64,000 nt of DNA, from positions 4,642 to 68,641 of the forward strand of contig MHDC01000011.1 in the NCBI GenBank assembly GCA_001803415.1, read 5' to 3'. Shown one piece after another: positions 10,759 through 18,729 of this stretch (position 1 is its first letter; each line of letters begins with the position of its first letter). Under the pieces are notes generated by a model. It was not told where the DNA came from and made no database searches. It saw only the letters and a program-made list of their open reading frames with translations. Position numbers and translations under genes: made by a program. This DNA comes from Microgenomates group bacterium RBG_16_45_19 (GTDB taxonomy: Bacteria > Patescibacteriota > Microgenomatia > UBA1400 > RBG-16-45-19).

Positions 10759-11499
10759 ATGGCCGAAAGCGGAGCGTTGAAGTGTGCCCGGTATGCGTTT
10801 GCGCCAAATTTGTATCATTATTGCGGGCCGGATACCGGGGGTGAGTTTGGGGAATATGTAGCGGCGGAAATGGCAGATGGGGGGTTAGTGGAACATTTGA
10901 CCAAATTTGAAACCTTGTTCCCCTATTTGCAAGTGATTGCCCAAGCCAATGGCCGAGTCGATCCCTTTGACAAACAGGTAGTGGAAGCATATTGGGTGGG
11001 CAACCGGTTGTTGGAGCAAGTGGATGAAAAAGCAACGTTTGCGGCTCTGACAACCTATCAGCATTTACCCCAGCGATTAGCCAAAAAAGAGTTAAAGTGG
11101 TTAATGCCAAAAATCGATAAACAAGCACGGCTGCATCACTCATTTCATGTCTTGAATGTATTTACCCGGACGGGACACCGGACGATTAGACACACGGTGG
11201 AGACGATGGATGAGTGTAGGATTTCCTGGGGGGAAATCCTAAGCTCAGATGTCAAAGCTCAAAACTCAAAACTAAAACTTAAAACTCAAAAACTTATCTA
11301 TTCTGGTGGTAAGCTCAAGCTAGTGCCAGGAGAGAAAGAGGTTTTAGTAGCCCAAGAATCACTGGTTAAGAGACTTAATCCGGGAGATTGGGTAAGTGTG
11401 CATTGGGGGATAGTGTGCGATAAACTAAGTCAACCAGTGGTGGAGCGATTAAAATTTTACACTGAGTATCACCTCAAATTGGCGAATGAGACAATTTAG
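10759..11499 (+). CDS. DUF6390-like protein with a HypC-like C-terminal OB fold
   Basis: 'YAFAPNLYHYCGP', 'VVEAYWVGN', 'HHSFHV', 'CRISWG', 'PGDWVSVHWGIVC'. Alternative start at 10744. Confidence 0.75.
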   Translation: MAESGALKCARYAFAPNLYHYCGPDTGGEFGEYVAAEMADGGLVEHLTKFETLFPYLQVIAQANGRVDPFDKQVVEAYWVGNRLLEQVDEKATFAALTTYQHLPQRLAKKELKWLMPKIDKQARLHHSFHVLNVFTRTGHRTIRHTVETMDECRISWGEILSSDVKAQNSKLKLKTQKLIYSGGKLKLVPGEKEVLVAQESLVKRLNPGDWVSVHWGIVCDKLSQPVVERLKFYTEYHLKLANETI

Positions 11500-11876
11500 G
11501 TAAAGAAGGGTTTGGCTTTGGAGACTTTGAGCATTTTCTTATCAAAAGTTGCAAGAGAGGCTGACTGGGATTTTGTTTGGGCAATAACAAGACAATCGGC
11601 CATTTCTAAGGAAGTAGTTCGATAGATCTGAATTGCTTGACCAACATAAGAGTTTAAGCGAATATTCGATCTTTCGATAAGAAACTGAAAGACTTTGTGA
11701 ATTTCTTTGCGAGTACGGTGGTATTTCTTGTCTAAGATATATTCAGTTTCCGATAAGACAACATCAGGAATGCAGAGAAGTTCTTTGGATTCGACCAAAT
11801 ACTTGACTAAAGCCGCTTGGTGTCGGTTTTTCTGGGAAAAAAGGAGAATGAGAGTGTTGGTATCAAGAACGACCAC
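11496..11876 (-). CDS. PIN-domain (VapC) toxin
   Basis: GTG start 'VVLDTN' after AAGGAG; 'VLSETEY', 'ADCL', 'LATFD'. Confidence 0.9.
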   Translation of the reverse strand: MVVLDTNTLILLFSQKNRHQAALVKYLVESKELLCIPDVVLSETEYILDKKYHRTRKEIHKVFQFLIERSNIRLNSYVGQAIQIYRTTSLEMADCLVIAQTKSQSASLATFDKKMLKVSKAKPFFT

Positions 11877-12129
11877 TGCGCTTCTCCTTGGTTTCGAATT
11901 TTTCGAGCACAGCTTGATGAATGATCTGCTTTTGCTCTCTTCTAGAAATGGGTGGGGCTTTGAGGAAACCAAACATCTCCTCAACAGTGATGGTTGGTTC
12001 AATAATAACCTGTTTGGCTTTCAGCTTAATTTTAACGGTTTGCCGCGGTTTTACACCTAGAGCATCACGGTAAGCCTTGGGAATTAAGATTTGGCCTTTA
12101 CTGGTCATGGTAGTAGTGATTGTTTCCAT
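11863..12129 (-). CDS. AbrB/MazE-family antitoxin
   Basis: 'TSKGQILIPKAYRDALG'; overlaps the PIN gene start. Confidence 0.9.
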   Translation of the reverse strand: METITTTMTSKGQILIPKAYRDALGVKPRQTVKIKLKAKQVIIEPTITVEEMFGFLKAPPISRREQKQIIHQAVLEKFETKEKRSGRS

Positions 12130-12130
12130 A

Positions 12131-12175
12131 GTAACACTATGGTACATTGGTGTTACTTTATCTGTCAAGTGTTAC
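12131..12175 (-). promoter_or_regulatory. Promoter and GTAACAC operator repeats of the AbrB-VapC module
   Basis: Minus strand TTGACA-N18-TACCAT, with three GTAACAC/GTGTTAC copies overlapping it. Confidence 0.6.
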
Positions 12176-12201
12176 ATAAAATTAGTAATGAACAGGAAAT
12201 A

Positions 12202-12600
12202 ATGAAAAAACAAATTATCACTGTTTTTGGGAATGAGACGGAAGCGAAGGATAATTTGGCAGTGAGGCTGGTACCGGACCTCCAGAGGAGGTTTCCTAAA
12301 ATTGAGTTTAGAATTAACGATCCGACGGAAAGTTTGGAGCCGCCGAGCGATCTATGGATAATCTTGGATGTGGGTCAAGGGATTAAAGAGGTGACGGTGG
12401 TCACTGAATTGAAACAATTGGATTACGTTAAAGGCTCATCAGTTCATGATTTTGATGTGTATCTGGAGTTGAAACTAAAGGAAAAGTTGGGGAAGTTGAG
12501 GAAAATCTGCTTGATTTTATTGCCACATGATATGGAAGCACAAACAGCCTACAAACAGGTGGTAAAGTTGTTAGCTACCACTACTTCAACTCGAAGGTGA
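12202..12600 (+). CDS. Hydrogenase maturation protease-like (HycI/HybD fold)
   Basis: 'VFGN...KDN', 'IILDVG', 'SVHDF' match the metal-ligand pattern; hydrogenase context. Confidence 0.7.
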   Translation: MKKQIITVFGNETEAKDNLAVRLVPDLQRRFPKIEFRINDPTESLEPPSDLWIILDVGQGIKEVTVVTELKQLDYVKGSSVHDFDVYLELKLKEKLGKLRKICLILLPHDMEAQTAYKQVVKLLATTTSTRR

Positions 12601-12601
12601 C
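12582..12601. repeat. Left copy of a 20-bp direct repeat flanking the RHH-VapC module
   Basis: tacttcaactcgaaggtgac versus tacttcagctcgaaggtgac at 13305-13324 (19/20 identical). Confidence 0.85.
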
Positions 12602-12623
12602 AGGAAGAAAGTTTTTTGGCATA

Positions 12624-12651
12624 TTGACATATTGTCATACGATTGTATGAT
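12624..12651 (+). promoter_or_regulatory. Promoter/operator of the RHH-VapC module
   Basis: TTGACA-N16-TATGAT; palindromes TGACA-tat-TGTCA and TCATAC-gatt-GTATGA. Confidence 0.65.
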
Positions 12652-12659
12652 GTGAGTAT

Positions 12660-12893
12660 ATGAAGATGGTGAGGACGACTTTGCGAATCGAAGAAGGCTT
12701 GAAAAAACAAGTGGAGTTGAGAGCGGTTAAGGAAAGCACGACTTTCCAGGCGATAGTTAATCAAGCTTTACGAGATAACTTAACTAATGCGGCTCACAAA
12801 AGAGCGAAGTTGTTGGTGCTGCCTAAGTTCAATTTGGGAGTGCCTTTGGATAATCTGACCCGGGATGAGATTTACGGCGAACCAAAGTGGTAG
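12660..12893 (+). CDS. Ribbon-helix-helix VapB-like antitoxin
   Basis: 'MVRTTLRIEEGL...IVNQALR', 'LTRDEIYG'. Confidence 0.85.
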   Translation: MKMVRTTLRIEEGLKKQVELRAVKESTTFQAIVNQALRDNLTNAAHKRAKLLVLPKFNLGVPLDNLTRDEIYGEPKW

Positions 12894-12897
12894 GGGT

Positions 12898-13323
12898 ATG
12901 CTGATTGATTCAAACGTGTTTATCTACGCCTTAAACTCGGCATCACCAAAGCATCAAGCGGCTAGATTATTCTTAAGAGCACGAGCGGGTGAAGCGGTAG
13001 TGGCACATCAGAATATTTTGGAAGTGACCAGAGTGATGTCTCATCCAGCTTTTCCGGCTAAATTAGCTTTAAAAATAGTGATTAAGGCTGTCGAACAAGT
13101 AGTCAAACCAATGAGAATAATTTATCCAAATGAAGAAACTTATTTTGTTTATCAAGAACTAATAAGAAAATATGCACTGGAGGGGAATCGGGTCTTTGAC
13201 GTGTATTTAGCAGCTACAGCCATAACCAATGGAATCCGAAAAATCGCTACGGATGATGAAAAGCATTTTCGCGTGCTTGAAGAAATCAAGGTAGTGAACC
13301 CATTTACTTCAGCTCGAAGGTGA
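12898..13323 (+). CDS. PIN-domain (VapC) toxin
   Basis: 'MLIDSNVFIY', 'QNILE', 'FDVYLAAT', 'IATDDEKHF', 'VVNPF'. Confidence 0.92.
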   Translation: MLIDSNVFIYALNSASPKHQAARLFLRARAGEAVVAHQNILEVTRVMSHPAFPAKLALKIVIKAVEQVVKPMRIIYPNEETYFVYQELIRKYALEGNRVFDVYLAATAITNGIRKIATDDEKHFRVLEEIKVVNPFTSARR

Positions 13324-14044
13324 CGGTGAGGGATTTGTAAACCGTGCTGGTGCCGGGTTCGACCGGGGCACCGCCACCACCGCCCATGTCCCGACCGGCG
13401 GCATACATGAGCACCGGGCTTTGGGCACCAGTTTCGGTCACGTTTAAGACCTCACCCACCTTCTTGTCGGAAGCTTGGGCAATCGCCTCGGCCTTTTCTC
13501 GAGCATTTTTAATGGCTTGGTCAACCAAGTCGAGCTCAGTTTGGGCGGTATCATCAACGGTAAAGTTGGGGCCGTAGACGTTGGTGGCGCCGGAAGCGGA
13601 GAGAAGATCGGTTAACTCAGAAGTTTTCTCGATTTGTCTAAGTTTGATGGAAACGTCATTGCTCACCCGCCACTGGCCGGGTTGAGTACGCTCACGGCCA
13701 CCGACGGTGACTGGTTCTTCCTGCTGATAGATAGAGAGGTTTTGAGTTTTGATGTCGGCTTCGGGGATACCAAAGTCTTTGACCGATTGGATAAGACTCT
13801 CCACTTTTTGATTGACATCGTCAACGGCTTTTTGCTTGTCGTCGTTAACGGCGGTGACGCCAGCGGTAAAGGTGGCAATTTGAGATTGTTGTTCGGTCTT
13901 AGCTTCACCGATAACGGTGACGGTGTCAGCCGGAACCAGGGCGAATTTCCCCCAAGTAATTTGATCCCAAGGGATAAAGAAAGCCCCGGCAAAGATGACT
14001 AAAGCAAAGACTATTAAAGCCCCAGTTAAACGATCAGATTTCAT
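13304..14044 (-). CDS. SIMPL/DUF541 (YggE-like) domain protein
   Basis: N-terminal TM, 'VTVIGEA', 'DIKTQNLSI', 'AIKNAREKAEAIA', 'VTFELK'. AGGAGG before MKSD at 14044. Confidence 0.9.
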   Translation of the reverse strand: MKSDRLTGALIVFALVIFAGAFFIPWDQITWGKFALVPADTVTVIGEAKTEQQSQIATFTAGVTAVNDDKQKAVDDVNQKVESLIQSVKDFGIPEADIKTQNLSIYQQEEPVTVGGRERTQPGQWRVSNDVSIKLRQIEKTSELTDLLSASGATNVYGPNFTVDDTAQTELDLVDQAIKNAREKAEAIAQASDKKVGEVLNVTETGAQSPVLMYAAGRDMGGGGGAPVEPGTSTVYKSLTVTFELK

Positions 14045-14126
14045 AGCTAACCTCCTTGTCTTCTTAATATACACTATTGAACCGGAGCTGGTAAATTAGT
14101 ACCACTAATAGTACTATGAGGGGTAT

Positions 14127-14405
14127 ATGGCAAAATTAAATGACACGCTTTTGGCAAATGAGGCACGAGCGAATTTCTACCAAATATTAGATGAAGTGAA
14201 CACCCATCTGAGGCAGTTTACCGTAACCCTTCGGGGCAAGGCTAGGGCGGTAATTATGAGCGCGGAGGAATATGAGGGGTGGCTGGAGACCTTGGAATTG
14301 ATGGCGGATCGAAAAGCAAGCATGGGAATTGAACAGGCGGTGCGTGATTTGGATGAAGGTAAGGGAATACCCTGGAAAAAAGCGAAGAAACAGCTGGGGT
14401 GGTAG
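14127..14405 (+). CDS. Phd/YefM antitoxin
   Basis: 'EARANFYQILDEV', 'GKARAVIMSAEEYE...ETLE'. Confidence 0.92.
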   Translation: MAKLNDTLLANEARANFYQILDEVNTHLRQFTVTLRGKARAVIMSAEEYEGWLETLELMADRKASMGIEQAVRDLDEGKGIPWKKAKKQLGW

Positions 14406-14414
14406 ACTGAATTT

Positions 14415-14663
14415 ATGGATTTAGACTTGTCGCCGAGAGCGTTAAAGCAACTGGCTAAAATCGGCAAGAAAGATCAAGACCGGTTCGAGAGAAAATTTAG
14501 CCAACTGGGTAATAATCCCTATGCCGGAAAACCACTACGAGGCAAGTTTGCCGGACAGATGAGTCTTAAGGCATGGCCATTAAGAATTATTTATCGAATT
14601 AACACGAAAAAAGTGATCGAGATTTTAGATGTGGATTACCGGGGTGGGGTGTATAAGGACTAA
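14415..14663 (+). CDS. RelE/ParE-family toxin
   Basis: 'NPYAGKPLRG', 'RIIYRI', 'YRGGVYK'. Confidence 0.9.
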   Translation: MDLDLSPRALKQLAKIGKKDQDRFERKFSQLGNNPYAGKPLRGKFAGQMSLKAWPLRIIYRINTKKVIEILDVDYRGGVYKD

Positions 14664-15964
14664 TGGCGGTGGAGTTTGAACTTGAGAAAGTGCGACGCAC
14701 AACTCATGCAGGGGTCGTAGGCGCGAATCAACTTCTCGCATTCGTGTGCCAGGGCGAGTTGATCCAGATCAAGGTGATTTTGAATCAGAGTCTTTAGGTC
14801 GTTTTCGATGTTGATTTGGTTTTGGCCGGTGGGAACGATGATTTCATAGCGGTCGATTTTACTGTCGACCACGTGAGCGGCGTGATAGAGGATACCACGG
14901 GGAGCTTCGATCAAACCGATACCGTCGCCGGTGGGGCGGGCGGACTTAACCGGGGCTTCCTGGACAAACTGAGTTTTTGCTAACAAAGTCAGGGTATAAT
15001 CAATGGCGTCAACTATTTCAATGGCTTGAGCCAAATTGTTGTGATAAACATTGACCGAAGGGAAGAATTTAAGCGCAGCGGCACAGTCCTTAAGAGTACG
15101 AGGTTGAAGTAAGTCTTGGTTAAGGTTGAGGCGGGCTAAGGAGCTAACCATAAAGTCGAAACCTTCGAATTGATAACCGGAAGCGTGAGAATGAGGAATG
15201 ACCACGTGCTGTAGATGCTCTCGGTATTGAGTGTCGGGCAAGAGACGATCGTCATGGGTCTTGAGGGTGCGAGACAATAGGTAATCGTAGTGATCGGCGC
15301 CGCGTAAAGCCAAAAAGCGATGATTACGCTCAAAAGTGAAGTTGACTTGAGCAAAGAGATCAACTAATTGAACCGCCAGCGGGCGGGCAGCTTGGAGTTC
15401 TTGAATGAGATTGGGGATAGACGAGGAATTAACCGGCCGGTTAAAGCCCCCGACCACAAGATCGGGAGCGTGAACGGAGCGACCACCGGCAAAAATGGAG
15501 AGGTGGTTGCCGGCGGCTTTCAGTTTAAACAGGTTTTCGAGCAAAGACCGCTGTTGGGGATTGGTTTCGTCAAAATCAAGAATGGAGTCCAGGTTATAGA
15601 CATCGGGGAGGACAAAGACAACCAGATGCAGGGCATGATCGCGAATATACATGCCGGCGTTGACTAGTTCCCGGCGGACTTGAGTGAGAGGAGTGACGGC
15701 GATGCCCAGGGCGGCTTCAACGGCTTTGAGGGAAGCCAGAATATGAGCATTACTGCAAGTACCGCAGATACGAGCGAGTAAGCTGGGGGCGGCAGCGGCC
15801 GGTTTAGCCTCGACGGCTTTAGTGTAGAAGCGTTTGAAATCGGTGATGGTAAAGCGACACTGAGTCACCGTTTTGCCTTGGACGGTCACGTCCAAAGAAG
15901 CATGACCCTCGATTTTGGTAATTTGGTTAAGGCTGAAAGAAAAGTTATCTTGATGCATAAACAA
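14660..15964 (-). CDS. [NiFe]-hydrogenase large subunit (group 3b-related)
   Basis: 'KIEGH', L1 'RICGTCSNAH', 'EAPRGILYH', L2 'DPCMSCASH', plus a 9-aa C-terminal extension. Confidence 0.93.
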   Translation of the reverse strand: MFMHQDNFSFSLNQITKIEGHASLDVTVQGKTVTQCRFTITDFKRFYTKAVEAKPAAAAPSLLARICGTCSNAHILASLKAVEAALGIAVTPLTQVRRELVNAGMYIRDHALHLVVFVLPDVYNLDSILDFDETNPQQRSLLENLFKLKAAGNHLSIFAGGRSVHAPDLVVGGFNRPVNSSSIPNLIQELQAARPLAVQLVDLFAQVNFTFERNHRFLALRGADHYDYLLSRTLKTHDDRLLPDTQYREHLQHVVIPHSHASGYQFEGFDFMVSSLARLNLNQDLLQPRTLKDCAAALKFFPSVNVYHNNLAQAIEIVDAIDYTLTLLAKTQFVQEAPVKSARPTGDGIGLIEAPRGILYHAAHVVDSKIDRYEIIVPTGQNQINIENDLKTLIQNHLDLDQLALAHECEKLIRAYDPCMSCASHFLKFKLHRH

Positions 15965-15967
15965 TGA

Positions 15968-16489
15968 TCAATGGTTGATGGTTGATGATTTAGAAACGAT
16001 GGGAGCGTGGCCGAAGTCGACGAGTAACTGGTTAACGGTGGCTAAAAAGGTATCGAGATTCATGGGGCAGCCGGGGACCTGGGCGTCGACAGGAATGACT
16101 TGAGTGAGCGGTTTGATCTGATCGGGATAATTAAATTTGGTCAAGATGGGTTGAATGGCAGCGATTTGCTCGGGGGTGAAAGTGTTTCTTTGAGCCGAAG
16201 GCAGACCGGTACAGGCACAGGAGCCGATGGCCACGACTTTTTGGGCACGTTGACGTAACTTTAACATGGTGACGACGTCGTGATCGGAGTTGGCGGCACC
16301 CTCGATAAAAGCAATGTCCAGCGGTGATTGAGTGTCTCTTTTTGAGGAAAAGGTGGCGGCGTCAATAAAATTGAAATGTTTTTTGAATTCGAAAAAATAA
16401 TCGTTTAAGAGTTCAGCAAACATGATGGTTGAGTCCTCGCAGCAAGCAAAGGAATACCAAGCAATAGCCAGTTTAGGGAGGTTGGGCAT
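15968..16489 (-). CDS. [NiFe]-hydrogenase small subunit, single-cluster type
   Basis: 'FACCEDS', 'DIAFIEG', 'AIGSCACTG', 'VPGCP'. No medial/distal cluster domain. Confidence 0.88.
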   Translation of the reverse strand: MPNLPKLAIAWYSFACCEDSTIMFAELLNDYFFEFKKHFNFIDAATFSSKRDTQSPLDIAFIEGAANSDHDVVTMLKLRQRAQKVVAIGSCACTGLPSAQRNTFTPEQIAAIQPILTKFNYPDQIKPLTQVIPVDAQVPGCPMNLDTFLATVNQLLVDFGHAPIVSKSSTINH

Positions 16490-16590
16490 GGATAAAGGAT
16501 ACCGGGTTGCCGGAGGAGTAGCAAGAGTGGGAGATGACTTAAGTGAATGAGTAATGAGTAAGAAACAATGAGTAATGTATAATCGCAATA

Positions 16591-17040
16591 ATGGAAAGGA
16601 GAGTTATGCTGAGGCAACAAATACACGATGAGATGATCGCGGCGATGAAAGCCCAGGATGTAAAAAAACTGGAAACGGTGCGCTATGTCTGGAGTGAGAT
16701 TAAGCGGGTGGAGATTGATGCCAAGCATGAATTAACGGATGAAGAAGTGATTGAATTGTTGCGCCGCGAAGTGAAAAAACGCCAGGAAGCAGTGGTGCAA
16801 ATGCGGGCGGGCGGCAGACTAGACGGAGTGGAGCACGAAGAAGCCCAGTTAAAAATTATTACCAGTTATTTACCCCAATTGATGAGCCGAGAGGAGATCG
16901 AAGGAGTGGTGGATGAAGTGATCAAGGCCGGACAACTTGACTTTGGCGCCGTGATGCGGGAGGTGATGGCTAAAGTTAAAGGCAAAGCGGACGGGAAAAT
17001 GGTGAGTGAAATCGTGAGGGAAAAACTTAGTTTGACTTAG
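16591..17040 (+). CDS. GatB/YqeY domain protein
   Basis: 'AAMKAQD', 'EVKKRQEA', 'YLPQLMS', 'VKGKADGK'. Confidence 0.92.
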   Translation: MERRVMLRQQIHDEMIAAMKAQDVKKLETVRYVWSEIKRVEIDAKHELTDEEVIELLRREVKKRQEAVVQMRAGGRLDGVEHEEAQLKIITSYLPQLMSREEIEGVVDEVIKAGQLDFGAVMREVMAKVKGKADGKMVSEIVREKLSLT

Positions 17041-17071
17041 GTTGGTAAGAAGCTTTATTCTGATTATAGAC

Positions 17072-17179
17072 ATGCAGGACTCATCTAATTTCCTGGTATC
17101 AGCCAGTCTTTGGAAGAAGTTGATCATCGCCCTGCCCATCATTATCGTTTTAGCTTGGTTAAACTTGATGGGAGTGTGA
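17072..17179 (+). CDS. Putative 35-aa single-TM small protein
   Basis: MQDSSNFLVSASLWKKLIIALPIIIVLAWLNLMGV*; below the ORF-track length cutoff. Confidence 0.4.
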   Translation: MQDSSNFLVSASLWKKLIIALPIIIVLAWLNLMGV

Positions 17180-17241
17180 AGAGGGAAGACTATTTAGGCC
17201 AGACCCTTCGGCAAGCTCAGGATTAGGGCTATCAGTGGGAT

Positions 17242-17856
17242 TTATTTAGGCCAGACTTTTTCGCCGGTTTCGGTGTCGATAACTTCAATAGCTAAGGTGG
17301 GACAACTCTGAGCCGCAAGCAAGAGATTCTCGTCGGTTTCTTCTTTGACGGTGGCTAAAACTTCAGCAATCTGTTGGTCATTCAAGCGAAAGGCTTTGGG
17401 AGCGACAGCGACGCAAGAAGCGGCGCCGATACACTTACTGGCAATGACCCGGACCTGATATTTGCCGGCACCGCGGCCTTCGGTGTCACCGGCAGCGGCG
17501 TTAGGAACAGCAGGCGGAGTAGCATCAGCCTTAATCACCGGCGTAGGGATTTGGACCGGTGGTGGGATGACGGGGGTGGGTTCAGAGATCGAGGGTGGCG
17601 GAGAGGGGGGGGTTAGTGGAGTTGGCGGTACGATTGGTGGCGGCTCGGGCGGCTCGACCTCAGGTTCGGGGGCGGGAACCGGTGGGGTATTCAGCGGCGG
17701 GAGCGGGGCAGGGGGTGAGGGCGGGGTGATTGGCGGAGTGAGAGGCTCGGGGGGCGCGGGTGGAGTGATATTGCCCAAGGGAGGTGGGGGGAAGGAAGAT
17801 GTCAGTGGAGTTGGCGGCTCTGAGACACCAGTTAAGGGATTTTTTTGATCGTCCAT
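17242..17856 (-). CDS. Ferredoxin (single cluster, CxxAxxC...CP) with a ~125-aa proline-rich N-terminal extension
   Basis: 'KCIGAASCVAVAP...AAQSCPTLAI'. AAGGAG RBS before MDDQ. Confidence 0.85.
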   Translation of the reverse strand: MDDQKNPLTGVSEPPTPLTSSFPPPPLGNITPPAPPEPLTPPITPPSPPAPLPPLNTPPVPAPEPEVEPPEPPPIVPPTPLTPPSPPPSISEPTPVIPPPVQIPTPVIKADATPPAVPNAAAGDTEGRGAGKYQVRVIASKCIGAASCVAVAPKAFRLNDQQIAEVLATVKEETDENLLLAAQSCPTLAIEVIDTETGEKVWPK

Positions 17857-17940
17857 AAAAGCTCCTTTAGATGATTGCTGACGAAACTGTAATCAGGATA
17901 GCGAAAATGAAGGATAGAAGCAAGGATAAATACGACCGGG

Positions 17941-18651
17941 CTAGTAGAACTGCTCGTGATGGATGTGAGTCTCGGACACACCTTGAGAGAGAAGGTATTG
18001 ACTGACATCTTCTATCATCGGTTTGTTGCCACAGAGATAAAAGCCGGTGTTGGCCAATGACTGATAGTGTTTTTTTAAACAATCGGTGACCCGGCCGGAA
18101 CAAAGAGGCCAGTTTTCCGGTGGACGAGACAAGACCAGATCAAAAGTAAAATTAGAAAAACTCTCATGGAGAAGGAAAAAATCCTGCTCCCAAAAAATAT
18201 CTTGGGGATAACGCAAACCCCAGTGAAGCGACAGGGGGCGGAGGTCATGTTGAGTATGCAATAAATTTAAGATTATCGAACGGACCGCCGAAATGCCGGA
18301 ACCGGTGGCCACAAAGACTAATTTTGGCTCGGTGGGGTCAGGAGCTAAGACAAACCGACCGATAGGAGCCATGAAAGAGATGGTCTCACCGGGATTTAAT
18401 GACTGCAGGTAAAGCGAGCCATCACCCTGAGGAGAAACATCAACTAAAATTTCAACTTTGTAATTTTCGGCGGGGTTGGAAGCGATGGAATAGCTTTTTT
18501 TGGCGGCCATACCGGGGACATTCATCATCAGGTACTGACCGGCTTGAAAGTTTAAAGTTTGGGGTTCAATTAACTCGAAAGTGACATACTGGAATTTGTC
18601 CTTGATCAGAGTGTGGTCGGAAACTTTGGCGGTAAAGGTTTGGACAGGCAT
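17941..18651 (-). CDS. FAD/NAD(P)-binding ferredoxin reductase-like oxidoreductase
   Basis: 'FQAGQY', 'KSYSIAS', 'GDGSLYL', 'VATGSGIS', 'YLCGN', 'EQFY'. Confidence 0.92.
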   Translation of the reverse strand: MPVQTFTAKVSDHTLIKDKFQYVTFELIEPQTLNFQAGQYLMMNVPGMAAKKSYSIASNPAENYKVEILVDVSPQGDGSLYLQSLNPGETISFMAPIGRFVLAPDPTEPKLVFVATGSGISAVRSIILNLLHTQHDLRPLSLHWGLRYPQDIFWEQDFFLLHESFSNFTFDLVLSRPPENWPLCSGRVTDCLKKHYQSLANTGFYLCGNKPMIEDVSQYLLSQGVSETHIHHEQFY

Positions 18652-18729
18652 AAGAATTACTACCTTACACGAGGAGGGCAGCAAAGACAAGTGTACTAGA
18701 AGCAGAAGTGGGAGGGTAGGGGTCTTGAT

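Noticed and set aside
11460-12200. Flanking direct repeats for the AbrB-VapC module (also checked for the 14.1k, 24.5k and 29k modules)
   Set aside because: Only weak gapped similarity; not supportable.
16490-16588. N-terminal extensions in the ORF track (small subunit; likewise groES, cutA, rplY, dnaA, tsaC)
   Set aside because: They run through promoters, repeats or neighbouring genes; downstream starts fit homology and RBS/-10 signals.
17374-17848. Gly-rich plus-strand ORFs
   Set aside because: Reverse complement of the Pro-rich ferredoxin arm, which has the RBS and the domain.
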